The position numbers and the translations under genes were made by a program. A model generated the notes under the pieces. It saw nothing but the letters and a program-made list of their open reading frames with translations, was not told the origin of the DNA and made no database searches. DNA of 64,000 nt, from the NCBI RefSeq assembly GCF_009914755.1, contig NC_060925.1, one strand, 5' to 3'. Positions 30,201 through 45,410 of this stretch are shown in pieces. The DNA is from the human T2T-CHM13v2.0 reference genome, Homo sapiens. The stretch's first letter is position 1. Each line of letters begins with the position of its first letter.

Positions 30201-33200
30201 ATGGTCTCGAATGGAATCATCTTCTAATGGAAAGGAATGGAATCATCGCATAGAATCGAATGGAATTATCATCGAATGGAATCGAATGGTATCAACACCA
30301 AACGGAAAAAAACGGAATTATCGAATGGAATCGAAGAGAATCTTCGAACGGACCCGAATGGAATCATCTAATGGAATGGAATGGAATAATCCATGGACTC
30401 GAATGCAATCATCATCGAATGGAATCGAATGGAATCATCGAATGGACTCGAATGGAATAATCATTGAACGGAATCGAATGGAATCATCATCGGATGGAAA
30501 CGAATGGAATCATCATCGAATGGAAATGAAAGGAGTCATCATCTAATGGAATTGCATGGAATCATCATAAAATGGAATCGAATGGAATCAACATCAAATG
30601 GAATCAAATGGAATCATTGAACGGAATTGAATGGAATCGTCATCGAATGAATTGACTGCAATCATCCAATGGTCTCGAATGGAATCATCTTCAAATGGAA
30701 TGGAATGGAATCATCGCATAGAATCGAATGGAATTATCATCGAATGGAATCGAATGGAATCAACATCAAACGGAAAAAAACGGAATTATCGAATGGAATC
30801 GAAGAGAATCATCGAATGGACCCGAATGGAATCATCTAATGGAATGGAATGGAATAATCCATGGACTCGAATGCAATCATCATCGAATGAAATCGAATGG
30901 AATCATCGAATGGACTCGAATGGAATAATCATTGAACGGAATCGAATGGTATCATCATCGGATGGAAATGAATGGAATCATCATCGAATGGAATCGAATA
31001 GAATTATGGAATGAAATCCAGTGTGATCATCATCGAATGGACCCGAATGGAATCATCATCCAACGGAAGCTAATGGAACCAACATCGAATGAATCGAATG
31101 GAAACACCATCGAATTGAAACGAATGGAATTATCATGAAATTGAAATGGATGGACTCATCATCGAATGGATTCGAATGGAATCATCGAATAAAATTGATT
31201 GAAATCATCATCGAATGGAATCGAATGGTATCATTGAATGGAATCGAATGGAATCATCATCAGATGGAAATGAATGGAATCGTCATAGAATGGAATCGAA
31301 TGGATTCATTGAATGGAATCAGATGGAATCATCGAATGGACTGGAATGGAATCATTGAATGGACTCGAAAGGGATCATGATTGAATGGAATTGAATGGAA
31401 TCATCGAATGGTCTCGATTGGAATCATTACCAAATGGAATCGAATGGAATCACCGAATAGAATCGAATGGAACAATCATCGAATGGACTCAAATGGAATT
31501 ATCCTCAAATGGAATCGAATGGAATTATCGAATGCAATCGAATGGAATTATCGAATGCAATCGAATAGAATCATCGAATGGACTCGAATGGAATCATCGA
31601 ATGGAATGGAATGGAACAGTCAATGAACTCGAATGGAATCATCATTGAATGGAATCGAATGGAATCATCGAGTGGAATCGAATGGAATTATGATCAAATG
31701 GAATCGAATGTAATCATCATCAAATGGAATCAAAAATAACCATCATCAATTGGTATTGAATGGAATTGTCATCAAATGGAATTCAAAGGAATCATCATCA
31801 AATGGAACCGAATGGAATCCTCATTGAATGGAAATGAAAGGGGTCATCATCTAATGGAATCGCATGGAATCATCATCAAATGGAATCGAATGGAATCATC
31901 ATCAAATGGAATCTAATGGAATCATTGAACAGAATTGAATGGAATCGTCATCGAATGAATTGAATGCAATCATCGAATGGTCTCGAATGGAATCATCTTC
32001 TAATGGAAAGGAATGGAATCATCGCATAGAATCGAATGGAATTATCATCGAATGGAATCGAATGGTATCAACACCAAACGGAAAAAAACGGAATTATCGA
32101 ATGGAATCGAAGAGAATCTTCGAACGGACCCGAATGGAATCATCTAATGGAATGGAATGGAATAATCCATGGACTCGAATGCAATCATCATCGAATGGAA
32201 TGTAATGGAGTCATCGAATGGACTCGAATGGAATAATCATTGAACGGAATCGAATGGAATCATCATCGGATGGAAACGAATGGAATCATCATCGAATGGA
32301 AATGAAAGGAGTCATCATCTAATGGAATTGCATGGAATCATCATAAAATGGAATCGAATGGAATCAACATCAAATGGAATCAAATGGAATCATTGAATGG
32401 AATTGAATGGAATCGTCATCGAATGAATTGACTGCAATCATCGAATGGTCTCGAATGGAATCATCTTCAAATGGAATGGAATGGAATCATCGCATAGAAT
32501 CGAATGGAATTATCATCGAATGGAATCGAATGGAATCAACATCAAACGGAAAAAAACAGAATTATCGTATGGAATCTAAGAGAATCATCGAATGGACCCG
32601 AATGGAATCATCTAATGGAATGGAATGGAATAATCCATGGACTCGAATGCAATCATCATCGAATGGAATCGAATGGAATCATCGAATGGACTCGAATGGA
32701 ATAATCATTGAACGGAATCGAATGGAATCATCATCGGATGGAAATGAATGGAATCATCATCGAATGGAATCGAATAGAATTATGGAATGAAATCCAGTGT
32801 GATCATCATCGAATGGACCCGAATGGAATCATCATCCAACGGAAGCTAATGGAATCAACATCGAATGAATCGAATGGAAACACCATCGAATTGAAACGAA
32901 TGGAATTATCATGAAATTGAAATGGATGGACTCATCATCGAATGGATTCGAATGGAATCATCGAATAAAATTAATTGAAATCATCATCCAATGGAATCGA
33001 ATGGTATCATTGAATGGAATCGAATGGAATCATCATCAGATGGAAATGAATGGAATCGTCATAGAATGGAATCGAATGGATTCATTGAATGGAATCAGAT
33101 GGAATCATCGAATGGACTGGAATGGAATCATTGAATGGACTCGAAAGGGATCATGATTGAATGGAATTGAATGGAATCATCGAATGGTCTCGATTGGAAT

Positions 33201-33714
33201 CATTATCAAATGGAATCGAATGGAATCACCGAATAGAATCGAATGGAACAATCATCGAATGGACTCAAATGGAATTATCCTCCAATGGAATCGAATGGAA
33301 TTATCGAATGCAATCGAATGGAATTATCGAATGCAATCGAATAGAATCATCGAATGGACTCGAATGGAATCATCGAATGGAATGGAATGGAACAGTCAAT
33401 GAACTCGAATGGAATCATCATTGAATGGAATCGAATGGAATCATCGAGTGGAATCGAATGGAATTATGATCAAATGGAATCGAATGTAATCATCATCAAA
33501 TGGAATCAAAAATAACCATCATCAATTGGTATTGAATGGAATTGTCATCAAATGGAATTCAAAGGAATCATCATCAAATGGAACCGAATGGAATCCTCAT
33601 TGAATGGAAATGAAAGGGGTCATCATCTAATGGAATCACATGGAATCATCATCAAATGGAATCGAATGGAATCATCATCAAATGGAATCTAATGGAATCA
33701 TTGAACAGAATTGA
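21283..33714 (+). repeat. Run of seven length-perfect 1776-bp units
   Basis: Anchors at 21283, 23059, 24835, 26611, 28387, 30163, 31939, 33715. Confidence 0.95.
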
Positions 33715-34777
33715 ATGGAATCGTCATCGAATGAATTGAATACAATCATCGAATGGTCTCGAATGGAATCATCTTCTAATGGAAAGGAATGGAATCATCG
33801 CATAGAATCGAATGGAATTATCATCGAATGGAATCGAATGGTATCAACACCAAACGGAAAAAAACGGAATTATCGAATGGAATCGAAGAGAATCTTCGAA
33901 CGGACCCGAATGGAATCATCTAATGGAATGGAATGGAATAATCCATGGACTCGAATGCAATCATCATCGAATGGAATGGAATGGAATCATCGAATGGACT
34001 CGAATGGAATAATCATTGAACGGAATCGAATGGAATCATCATCGGATGGAAACGAATGGAATCATCATCGAATGGAAATGAAAGGAGTCATCATCTAATG
34101 GAATTGCATGGAATCATCATAAAATGGAATCGAATGGAATCAACATCAAATGGAATCAAATGGAATCATTGAACGGAATTGAATGGAATCGTCATCGAAT
34201 GAATTGACTGCAATCATCGAATGGTCTCGAATGGAATCATCTTCAAATGGAATGGAATGGAATCATCGCATAGAATCGAATGGAATTATCATCGAATGGA
34301 ATCGAATGGAATCAACATCAAACGGAAAAAAACGGAATTATCGAATGGAATCGAAGAGAATCATCGAATGGACCCGAATGGAATCATCTAATGGAATGGA
34401 ATGGAATAATCCATGGACTCGAATGCAATCATCATCGAATGGAATCGAATGGAATCATCGAATGAACTCGAATGGAATCATCATTGAATGGAATCGAATG
34501 GAATCATCGAGTGGAATCGAATGGAATTATGATCAAATGGAATCGAATGTAATCATCATCAAATGGAATCAAAAATAACCATCATCAATTGGTATTGAAT
34601 GGAATTGTCATCAAATGGAATTCAAAGGAATCATCATCAAATGGAACCGAATGGAATCCTCATTGAATGGAAATGAAAGGGGTCATCATCTAATGGAATC
34701 ACATGGAATCATCATCAAATGGAATCGAATGGAATCATCATCAAATGGAATCTAATGGAATCATTGAACAGAATTGA
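33715..34777 (+). repeat. 1063-bp truncated unit, third copy
   Basis: Spacing 1063; same junction at ~34461. Confidence 0.93.
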
Positions 34778-37700
34778 ATGGAATCGTCATCGAATGAATT
34801 GAATGCAATCATCGAATGGTCTCGAATGGAATCATCTTCTAATGGAAAGGAATGGAATCATCGCATAGAATCGAATGGAATTATCATCGAATGGAATCGA
34901 ATGGTATCAACACCAAACGGAAAAAAACGGAATTATCGAATGGAATCGAAGAGAATCTTCGAACGGACCCGAATGGAATCATCTAATGGAATGGAATGGA
35001 ATAATCCATGGACTCGAATGCAATCATCATCGAATGGAATCGAATGGAATCATCGAATGGACTTGAATGGAATAATCATTGAACGGAATCGAATGGAATC
35101 ATCATCGGATGGAAACGAATGGAATCATCATCGAATGGAAATGAAAGGAGTCATCATCTAATGGAATTGCATGGAATCATCATAAAATGGAATCGAATGG
35201 AATCAACATCAAATGGAATCAAATGGAATCATTGAACGGAATTGAATGGAATCGTCATCGAATGAATTGACTGCAATCATCGAATGTTCTCGAATGGAAT
35301 CATCTTCAAATGGAATGGAATGGAATCATCGCATAGAATCGAATGGAATTATCATCGAATGGAATCGAATGGAATCAACATCAAACGGAAAAAAACGGAA
35401 TTATCGTATGGAATCGAAGAGAATCATCGAATGGACCCGAATGGAATCATCTAATAGAATGGAATGGAATAATCCATGGACTCGAATGCAATCATCATCG
35501 AATGGAATCGAATGGAATCATCGAATGGACTCGAATGGAATAATCATTGAACGGAATCGAATGGAATCATCATCGGATGGAAATGAATGGAATCATCATC
35601 GAATGGAATCGAATAGAATTATGGAATGAAATCCAGTGTGATCATCATCGAATGGACCCGAGTGGAATCATCATCCAACGGAAGCTAATGGAATCAACAT
35701 CGAATGAATCGAATGGAAACACCATCGAATTGAAACGAATGGAATTATCATGAAACTGAAATGGATGGACTCATCATCGAATGGATTCGAATGGAATCAT
35801 CGAATAAAATTTATTGAAATCATCATCAAATGGAATCGAATGGTATCATTGAATGGAATCGAATGGAATCATCATCAGATGGAAATGAATGGAATCGTCA
35901 TAGAATGGAATCGAATGGATTCATTGAATGGAATCAGATGGAATCATCGAATGGACTGGAATGGAATCATTGAATGGACTCGAAAGGGATCATGATTGAA
36001 TGGAATTGAATGGAATCATCGAATGGTCTCGATTGGAATCATTACCAAATGGAATCGAATGGAATCACCGAATAGAATCGAATGGAACAATCATCGAATG
36101 GACTCAAATGGAATTATCCTCAAATGGAATCGAATGGAATTATCGAATGCAATCGAATGGAATTATCGAATGCAATCGAATAGAATCATCGAAAGGATTC
36201 GAATGGAATCATCGAATGGAATGGAATGGAACAGTCAATGAACTCGAATGGAATCATCATTGAATGGAATCGAATGGAATCATCGAGTGGAATCGAATGG
36301 AATTATGATCAAATGGAATCGAATGTAATCATCATCAAATGGAATCAAAAATAACCATCATCAATTGGTATTGAATGGAATTGTCATCAAATGGAATTCA
36401 AAGGAATCATCATCAAATGGAACCGAATGGAATCCTCATTGAATGGAAATGAAAGGGGTCATCATCTAATGGAATCGCATGGAATCATCATCAAATGGAA
36501 TCGAATGGAATCATCATCAAATGGAATCTAATGGAATCATTGAACAGAATTGAATGGAATCGTCATCGAATGAATTGAATGCAATCATCGAATGGTCTCG
36601 AATGGAATCATCTTCTAATGGAAAGGAATGGAATCATCGCATAGAATCGAATGGAATTATCATCGAATGGAATCGAATGGTATCAACACCAAACGGAAAA
36701 AAATGGAATTATCGAATGGAATCGAAGAGAATCTTCGAACGGACCCGAATGGAATCATCTAATGGAATGGAATGGAATAATCCATGGACTCGAATGCAAT
36801 CATCATCGAATGGAATCGAATGGAGTCATCGAATGGACTCGAATGCAATAATCATTGAACGGAATCGAATGGAATCATCATCGGATGGAAACGAATGGAA
36901 TCATCATCGAATGGAAATGAAAGGAGTCATCATCTAATGGAATTGCATGGAATCATCATAAAATGGAATCGAATGGAATCAACATCAAATGGAATCAAAT
37001 GGAATCATTGAACGGAATTGAATGGAATCGTCATCGAATGAATTGACTGCAATCATCGAATGGTCTCGAATGGAATCATCTTCAAATGGAATGGAATGGA
37101 ATCATCGCATAGAATCGAATGGAATTATCATCGAATGGAATCGAATGGAATCAACATCAAACGGAAAAAAACAGAATTATCGAATGGAATCGAAGAGAAT
37201 CATCGAATGGACCCGAATGGAATCATCTAATGGAATGGAATGGAATAATCCATGGACTCGAATGCAATCATCATCGAATGGAATCGAATGGAATCATCGA
37301 ATGGACTCGAATGGAATAATCATTGAACGGAATCGAATGGAATCATCATCGGATGGAAATGAATGGAATCATCATCGAATGGAATCGAATAGAATTATGG
37401 AATGAAATCCAGTGTGATCATCATCGAATGGACCCGAATGGAATCATCATCCAACGGAAGCTAATGGAATCAACATCGAATGAATCGAATGGAAACACCA
37501 TCGAATTGAAACGAATGGAATTATCATGAAATTGAAACGGATGGACACATCATCGAATGGATTCGAATGGAATCATCGAATAAAATTGATTGAAATCATC
37601 ATCCAATGGAATCGAATGGTATCATTGAATGGAATCGAATGGAATCATCATCAGATGGAAATGAATGGAATCGTCATAGAATGGAATCGAATGGATTCAT

Positions 37701-38329
37701 TGAATGGAATCAGATGGAATCATCGAATGGACTGGAATGGAATCATTGAATGGACTCGAAAGGGATCATGATTGAATGGAATTGAATGGAATCATCGAAT
37801 GGTCTCGATTGGAATCATTATCAAATGGAATCGAATGGAATCACCGAATAGAATCGAATGGAACAATCATCGAATGGACTCAAATGGAATTATCCTCCAA
37901 TGGAATCGAATGGAATTATCGAATGCAATCGAATGGAATTATCGAATGCAATCGAATAGAATCATCGAATGGACTCGAATGGAATCATCGAATGGAATGG
38001 AATGGAACAGTCAATGAACTCGAATGGAATCATCATTGAATGGAATCGAATGGAATCATCGAGTGGAATCGAATGGAATTATGATCAAATGGAATCGAAT
38101 GTAATCATCATCAGATGGAATCAAAAATAACCATCATCAATTGGTATTGAATGGAATTGTCATCAAATGGAATTCAAAGGAATCATCATCAAATGGAACC
38201 GAATGGAATCCTCATTGAATGGAAATGAAAGGGGTCATCATCTAATGGAATCGCATGGAATCATCATCAAATGGAATCGAATGGAATCATCATCAAATGG
38301 AATCTAATGGAATCATTGAACAGAATTGA

Positions 38330-40082
38330 ATGGAATCTTCATCGAATGAATTGAATGCAATCATCGAATGGCCTCGAATGGAATCATCTTCTAATGGAAA
38401 GGAATGGAATCATCGCATAGAATCGAATGGAATTATCATCGAATGGAATCGAATGGTATCAACACCAAACGGAAAAAAACGGAATTATCGAATGGAATCG
38501 AAGAGAATCTTCGAACGGACCCGAATGGAATCATCTAATGGAATGGAATGGAATAATCCATGGACTCGAATGCAATCATCATCGAATGGAATCGAATGGA
38601 ATCATCGAATGGACTCGAATGGAATAATCATTGAACTGAATCGAATGGAATCATCATCGGATGGAAACGAATGGAATCATCATCGAATGGAAATGAAAGG
38701 AGTCATCATCTAATGGAATTGCATGGAATCATCATAAAATGGAATCGAATGGAATCAACATCAAATGGAATCAAATGGAATCATTCAACGGAATTGAATG
38801 GAATCGTCATCGAATGAATTGACTGCAATCATCGAATGGTCTCGAATGGAATCATCTTCAAATGGAATGGAATGGAATCATCGCATAGAATCGAATGGAA
38901 TTATCATCGAATGGAATCGAATGGAATCAACATCAAACGGAAAAAAACGGAATTATCGAATGGAATCGAAGAGAATCATCGAATGGACCCGAATGGAATC
39001 ATCTAATGGAATGGAATGGAATAATCCATGGACTCGAATGCAATCATCATCGAATGGAATCGAATGGAATCATCGAATGGACTCGAATGGAATAATCATT
39101 GAACGGAATCGAATGGAATCATCATCGGATGGAAATGAATGGAATCATCATCGAATGGAATCGAATAGAATTATGGAATGAAATCCAGTGTGATCATCAT
39201 CGAATGGACCCGAATGGAATCATCATCCAACGGAAGCTAATGGAATCAACATCGAATGAATCGAATGGAAACACCATCGAATTGAAACGAATGGAATTAT
39301 CATGAAATTGAAATGGATGGACTCATCATCGAATGGATTCGAATGGAATCATCGAATAAAATTGATTGAAATCATCATCCAATGGAATCGAATGGTATCA
39401 TTGAATGGAATCGAATGGAATCATCATCAGATGGAAATGAATGGAATCGTCATAGAATGGAATCGAATGGATTCATTGAATGGAATCAGATGGAATCATC
39501 GAATGGACTGGAATGGAATCATTGAATGGACTCGAAAGGGATCATGATTGAATGGAATTGAATGGAATCATCGAATGGTCTCGATTGGAATCATTATCAA
39601 ATGGAATCGAATGGAATCACCGAATAGAATCGAATGGAACAATCATCGAATGGACTCAAATGGAATTATCCTCCAATGGAATCGAATGGATTTATCGAAT
39701 GCAATGGAATAGAATCATCGAATGGACTCGAATGGAATTATCGAACGGAATGGAATGGAACAGTCAATGAACTCGAATGGAATCATCATTGAATGGAATC
39801 GAATGGAATCATCGAGTGGAATCGAATGGAATTATGATCAAATGGAATCGAATGTAATCATCATCAAATGGAATCAAAAATAACCATCATCAATTGGTAT
39901 TGAATGGAATTGTCATCAAATGGAATTCAAAGGAATCATCATCAAATGGAACCGAATGGAATCCTCATTGAATGGAAATGAAAGGGGTCATCATCTAATG
40001 GAATCGCATGGAATCATCATCAAATGGAATCGAATGGAATCATCATCAAATGGAATCTAATGGAATCATTGAACAGAATTGA
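38330..40082 (+). repeat. 1753-bp unit (23-bp deletion near 39690)
   Basis: One of the two TTATCGAATGCAATCGAATGGAA copies is missing; spacing 1753. Confidence 0.9.
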
Positions 40083-43000
40083 ATGGAATCGTCATCGAAT
40101 GAATTGAATGCAATCATCGAATGGTCTCGAATGGAATCATCTTCTAATGGAAAGGAATGGAATCATCGCATAGAATCGAATGGAATTATCATCGAATGGA
40201 ATCGAATGGTATCAACACCAAACGGAAAAAAACGGAATTATCGAATGGAATAGAAGAGAATCTTCGAACGGACCCGAATGGAATCATCTAATGGAATGGA
40301 ATGGAATAATCCATGGACTCGAATGCAATCATCATCGAATGGAATCGAATGGAATCATCGAATGGACTCGAATGGAATAATCATTGAACGGAATCGAATG
40401 GAATCATCATCGGATGGAAACGAATGGAATCATCATCGAATGGAAATGAAAGGAGTCATCATCTAATGGAATTGCATGGAATCATCATCAAATGGAATCG
40501 AATGGAATCAACATCAAATGGAATCAAATGGAATCATTGAACGGAATTGAATGGAATCGTCATCGAATGAATTGACTGCAATCATCGAATGGTCTCGAAT
40601 GGAATCATCTTCAAATGGAATGGAATGGAATCATCGCATAGAATCGAATGGAATTATCATCGAATGGAATCGAATGGAATCAACATCAAACGGAAAAAAA
40701 CGGAATTATCGAATGGAATTGAAGAGAATCATCGAATGGACCCGAATGGAATCATCTAATGGAATGGAATGGAATAATCCATGGACTCGAATGCAATCAT
40801 CATCGAATGGAATCGAATGGAATCATCGAATGGACTCGAATGGAATAATCATTGAACGGAATCGAATGGAATCATCATCGGATGGAAATGAATGGAATCA
40901 TCATCGAATGGAATCGAATAGAATTATGGAATGAAATCCAGTGTGATCATCATCGAATGGACCCGAATGGAATCATCATCCAACGGAAGCTAATGGAATC
41001 AACATCGAATGAATCGAATGGAAACACCATCGAATTGAAACGAATGGAATTATCATGAAATTGAAATGGATGGACTCATCATCGAATGGATTCGAATGGA
41101 ATCATCGAATAAAATTGATTGAAATCATCATCCAATGGAATCGAATGGTATCATTGAATGGAATCGAATGGAATCATCATCAGATGGAAATGAATGGAAT
41201 CGTCATAGAATGGAATCGAATGGATTCATTGAATGGAATCAGATGGAATCATCGAATGGACTGGAATGGAATCATTGAATGGACTCGAAAGGGATCATGA
41301 TTGAATGGAATTGAATGGAATCATCGAATGGTCTCGATTGGAATCATTATCAAATGGAATCGAATGGAATCACCGAATAGAATCGAATGGAACAATCATC
41401 GAATGGACTCAAATGGAATTGTCCTCCAATGGAATCGAATGGAATTATCGAATGCAATCGAATGGAATTATCGAATGCAATCGAATAGAATCATCGAATG
41501 GACTCGAATGGAATCATCGAATGGAATGGAATGGAACAGTCAATGAACTCGAATGGAATCATCATTGAATGGAATCGAATGGAATCATCGAGTGGAATCG
41601 AATGGAATTATGATCAAATGGAATCGAATGTAATCCTCATCAAATGGAATCAAAAATAACCATCATCAATTGGTATTGAATGGAATTGTCATCAAATGCA
41701 ATTCAAAGGAATCATCATCAAATGGAACCGAATGGAATCCTCATTGAATGGAAATGAAAGGGGTCATCATCTAATGGAATCGCATGGAATCATCATCAAA
41801 TGGAATCGAATGGAATCATCATCAAATGGAATCTAATGGAATCATTGAACAGAATTGAATGGAATCGTCATCGAATGAATTGAATGCAATCATCGAATGG
41901 TCTCGAATGGAATCATCTTCTAATGGAAAGGAACGGAATCATCGCATAGAATCGAATGGAATTATCATCGAATGGAATCGAATGGTATCAACACCAAACG
42001 GAAAAAAACGGAATTATCGAATGGAATCGAAGAGAATCTTCGAACGGACCCGAATGGAATCATCTAATGGAATGGAATGGAATAATCCATGGACTCGAAT
42101 GCAATCATCATCGAATGGAATGGAATGGAATCATCGAATGGACTCGAATGGAATAATCATTGAACGGAATCGAATGGAATCATCATCGGATGGAAACGAA
42201 TGGAATCATCATCGAATGGAAATGAAAGGAGTCATCATCTAATGGAATTGCATGGAATCATCATCAAATGGAATCGAATGGAATCAACATCAAATGGAAT
42301 CAAATGGAATCATTGAACGGAATTGAATGGAATCGTCATCGAATGAATTGACTGCAATCATCGAATGGTCTCGAATGGAATCATCTTCAAATGGAATGGA
42401 ATGGAATCATCGCATAGAATCGAATGGAATTATCATCGAATGGAATCGAATGGAATCAACATCAAACGGAAAAAAACGGAATTATCGAATGGAATCGAAG
42501 AGAATCATCGAATGGACCCGAATGGAATCATCTAATGGAATGGAATGGAATAATCCATGGACTCGAATGCAATCATCATCGAATGGAATCGAATGGAATC
42601 ATCGAATGGACTCGAATGGAATAATCATTGAACGGAATCGAATGGAATCATCATCGGATGGAAATGAATGGAATCATCATCGAATGGAATCGAATAGAAT
42701 TATGGAATGAAATCCAGTGTGATCATCATCGAATGTACCCGAATGGAATCATCATCCAACGGAAGCTAATGGAATCAACATCGAATGAATCGAATGGAAA
42801 CACCATCGAATTGAAACGAATGGAATTATCATGAAATTGAAATGGATGGACTCATCATGGAATGGGTTCGAATAGAATCATCGAATAAAATTGATTGAAA
42901 TCATCATCCAATGGAATCGAATGGTATCATTGAATGGAATCGAATGGAATCATCATCAGATGGAAATGAATGGAATCGTCATAGAATGGAATCGAATGGA

Positions 43001-45410
43001 TTCATTGAATGGAATCAGATGGAATCATCGAATGGACTGAAATGGAATCATTGAATGGACTCGAAAGGGATCATGATTGAATGGAATTGAATGGAATCAT
43101 CGAATGGTCTCGATTGGAATCATTATCAAATGGAATGGAATGGAATCACCGAATAGAATCGAATGGAACAATCATCGAATGGACTCAAATGGAATTATCC
43201 TCCAATGGAATCGAATGGAATTATCGAATGCAATCGAATGGAATTATCGAATGCAATCGAATAGAATCATCGAATGGACTCGAATGGAATCATCGAATGG
43301 AATGGAATGGAACAGTCAATGAACTCGAATGGAATCATCATTGAATGGAATCGAATGGAATCATCGAGTGGAATCGAATGGAATTATGATCAAATGGAAT
43401 CGAATGTAATCATCATCAAATGGAATCAAAAATAACCATCATCAATTGGTATTGAATGGAATTGTCATCAAATGGAATTCAAAGGAATCATCATCAAATG
43501 GAACCGAATGGAATCCTCATTGAATGGAAATGAAAGGGGTCATCATCTAATGGAATCGCATGGAATCATCATCAAATGGAATCGAATGGAATCATCATCA
43601 AATGGAATCTAATGGAATCATTGAACAGAAATGAATGGAATCGTCATCGAATGAATTGAATGCAATCATCGAATGGTCTCGAATGGAATCATCTTCTAAT
43701 GGAAAGGAATGGAATCATCGCATAGAATCGAATGGAATTATCATCGAATGGAATCGAATGGTATCAACACCAAACGGAAAAAAACGGAATTATCGAATGG
43801 AATCGAAGAGAATCTTCGAACGGACCCGAATGGAATCATCTAATGGAATGGAATGGAATAATCCATGGACTCGAATGCAATCATCATCGAATGGAATGGA
43901 ATGGAATCATCGAATGGACTCGAATGGAATAATCATTGAACGGAATCGAATGGAATCATCATCGGATGGAAACGAATGGAATCATGATCGAATGGAAATG
44001 AAAGGAGTCATCATCTAATGGAATTGCATGGAATCATCATAAAATGGAATCGAATGGAATCAACATCAAATGGAATCAAATGGAATCATTGAACGGAATT
44101 GAATGGAATCGTCATCGAATGAATTGACTGCAATCATCGAATGGTCTCGAATGGAATCATCTTCAAATGGAATGGAATGGAATCATCGCATAGAATCGAA
44201 TGGAATTATCATCGAATGGAATCGAATGGAATCAACATCAAACGGAAAAAAACGGAATTATCGAATGGAATCGAAGAGAATCATCGAATGGACCCGAATG
44301 GAATCATCTAATGGAATGGAATGGAATAATCCATGGACTCGAATGCAATCATCATCGAATGGAATCGAATGGAATCATCGAATGGACTCGAATGGAATAA
44401 TCATTGAACGGAATCGAATGGAATCATCATCGGATGGAAATGAATGGAATCATCATCGAATGGAATCGAATATAATTATGGAATGAAATCCAGTGTGATC
44501 ATCATCGAATGGACCCGAATGGAATCATCATCCAACAGAAGCTAATGGAATCAACATCGAATGAATCGAATGGAAACACCATCGAATTGAAACGAATGGA
44601 ATTATCATGAAATTGAAATGGATGGACTCATCATCGAATGGATTCGAATGGAATCATCGAATAAAATTGATTGAAATCATCATCCAATGGAATCGAATGG
44701 TATCATTGAATGGAATCGAATGGAATCATCATCAGATGGAAATGAATGGAATCGTCATAAAATGGAATCGAATGGATTCATTGAATGGAATCAGATGGAA
44801 TCATCGAATGGACTGGAATGGAATCATTGAATGGACTCGAAAGGGATCATGATTGAATGGAATTGAATGGAATCATCGAATGGTCTCGATTGGAATCATT
44901 ATCAAATGGAATCGAATGGAATCACCGAATAGAATCGAATGGAACAATCATCGAATGGACTCAAATGGAATTATCCTCCAATGGAATCGAATGGAATTAT
45001 CGAATGCAATCGAATGGAATTATCGAATGCAATCGAATAGAATCATCGAATGGACTCGAATGGAATCATCGAATGGAATGGAATGGAACAGTCAATGAAC
45101 TCGAATGGAATCATCATTGAATGGAATCGAATGGAATCATCGAGTGGAATCGAATGGAATTATGATCAAATGGAATCTAATGTAATCATCATCAAATGGA
45201 ATCAAAAATAACCATCATCAATTGGTATTGAATGGAATTGTCATCAAATGGAATTCAAAGGAATCATCATCAAATGGAACCGAATGGAATCCTCATTGAA
45301 TGGAAATGAAAGGGGTCATCATCTAACGGAATCGCATGGAATCATCATCAAATGGAATCGAATGGAATCATCATCAAATGGAATCTAATGGAATCATTGA
45401 ACAGAATTGA

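Noticed and set aside
11178-38329. A regular 23.6-kb super-repeat
   Set aside because: Similarity at this offset covers only about two units; the irregular island at 14.7-21.3 kb has no counterpart at 38.3-44.9 kb.
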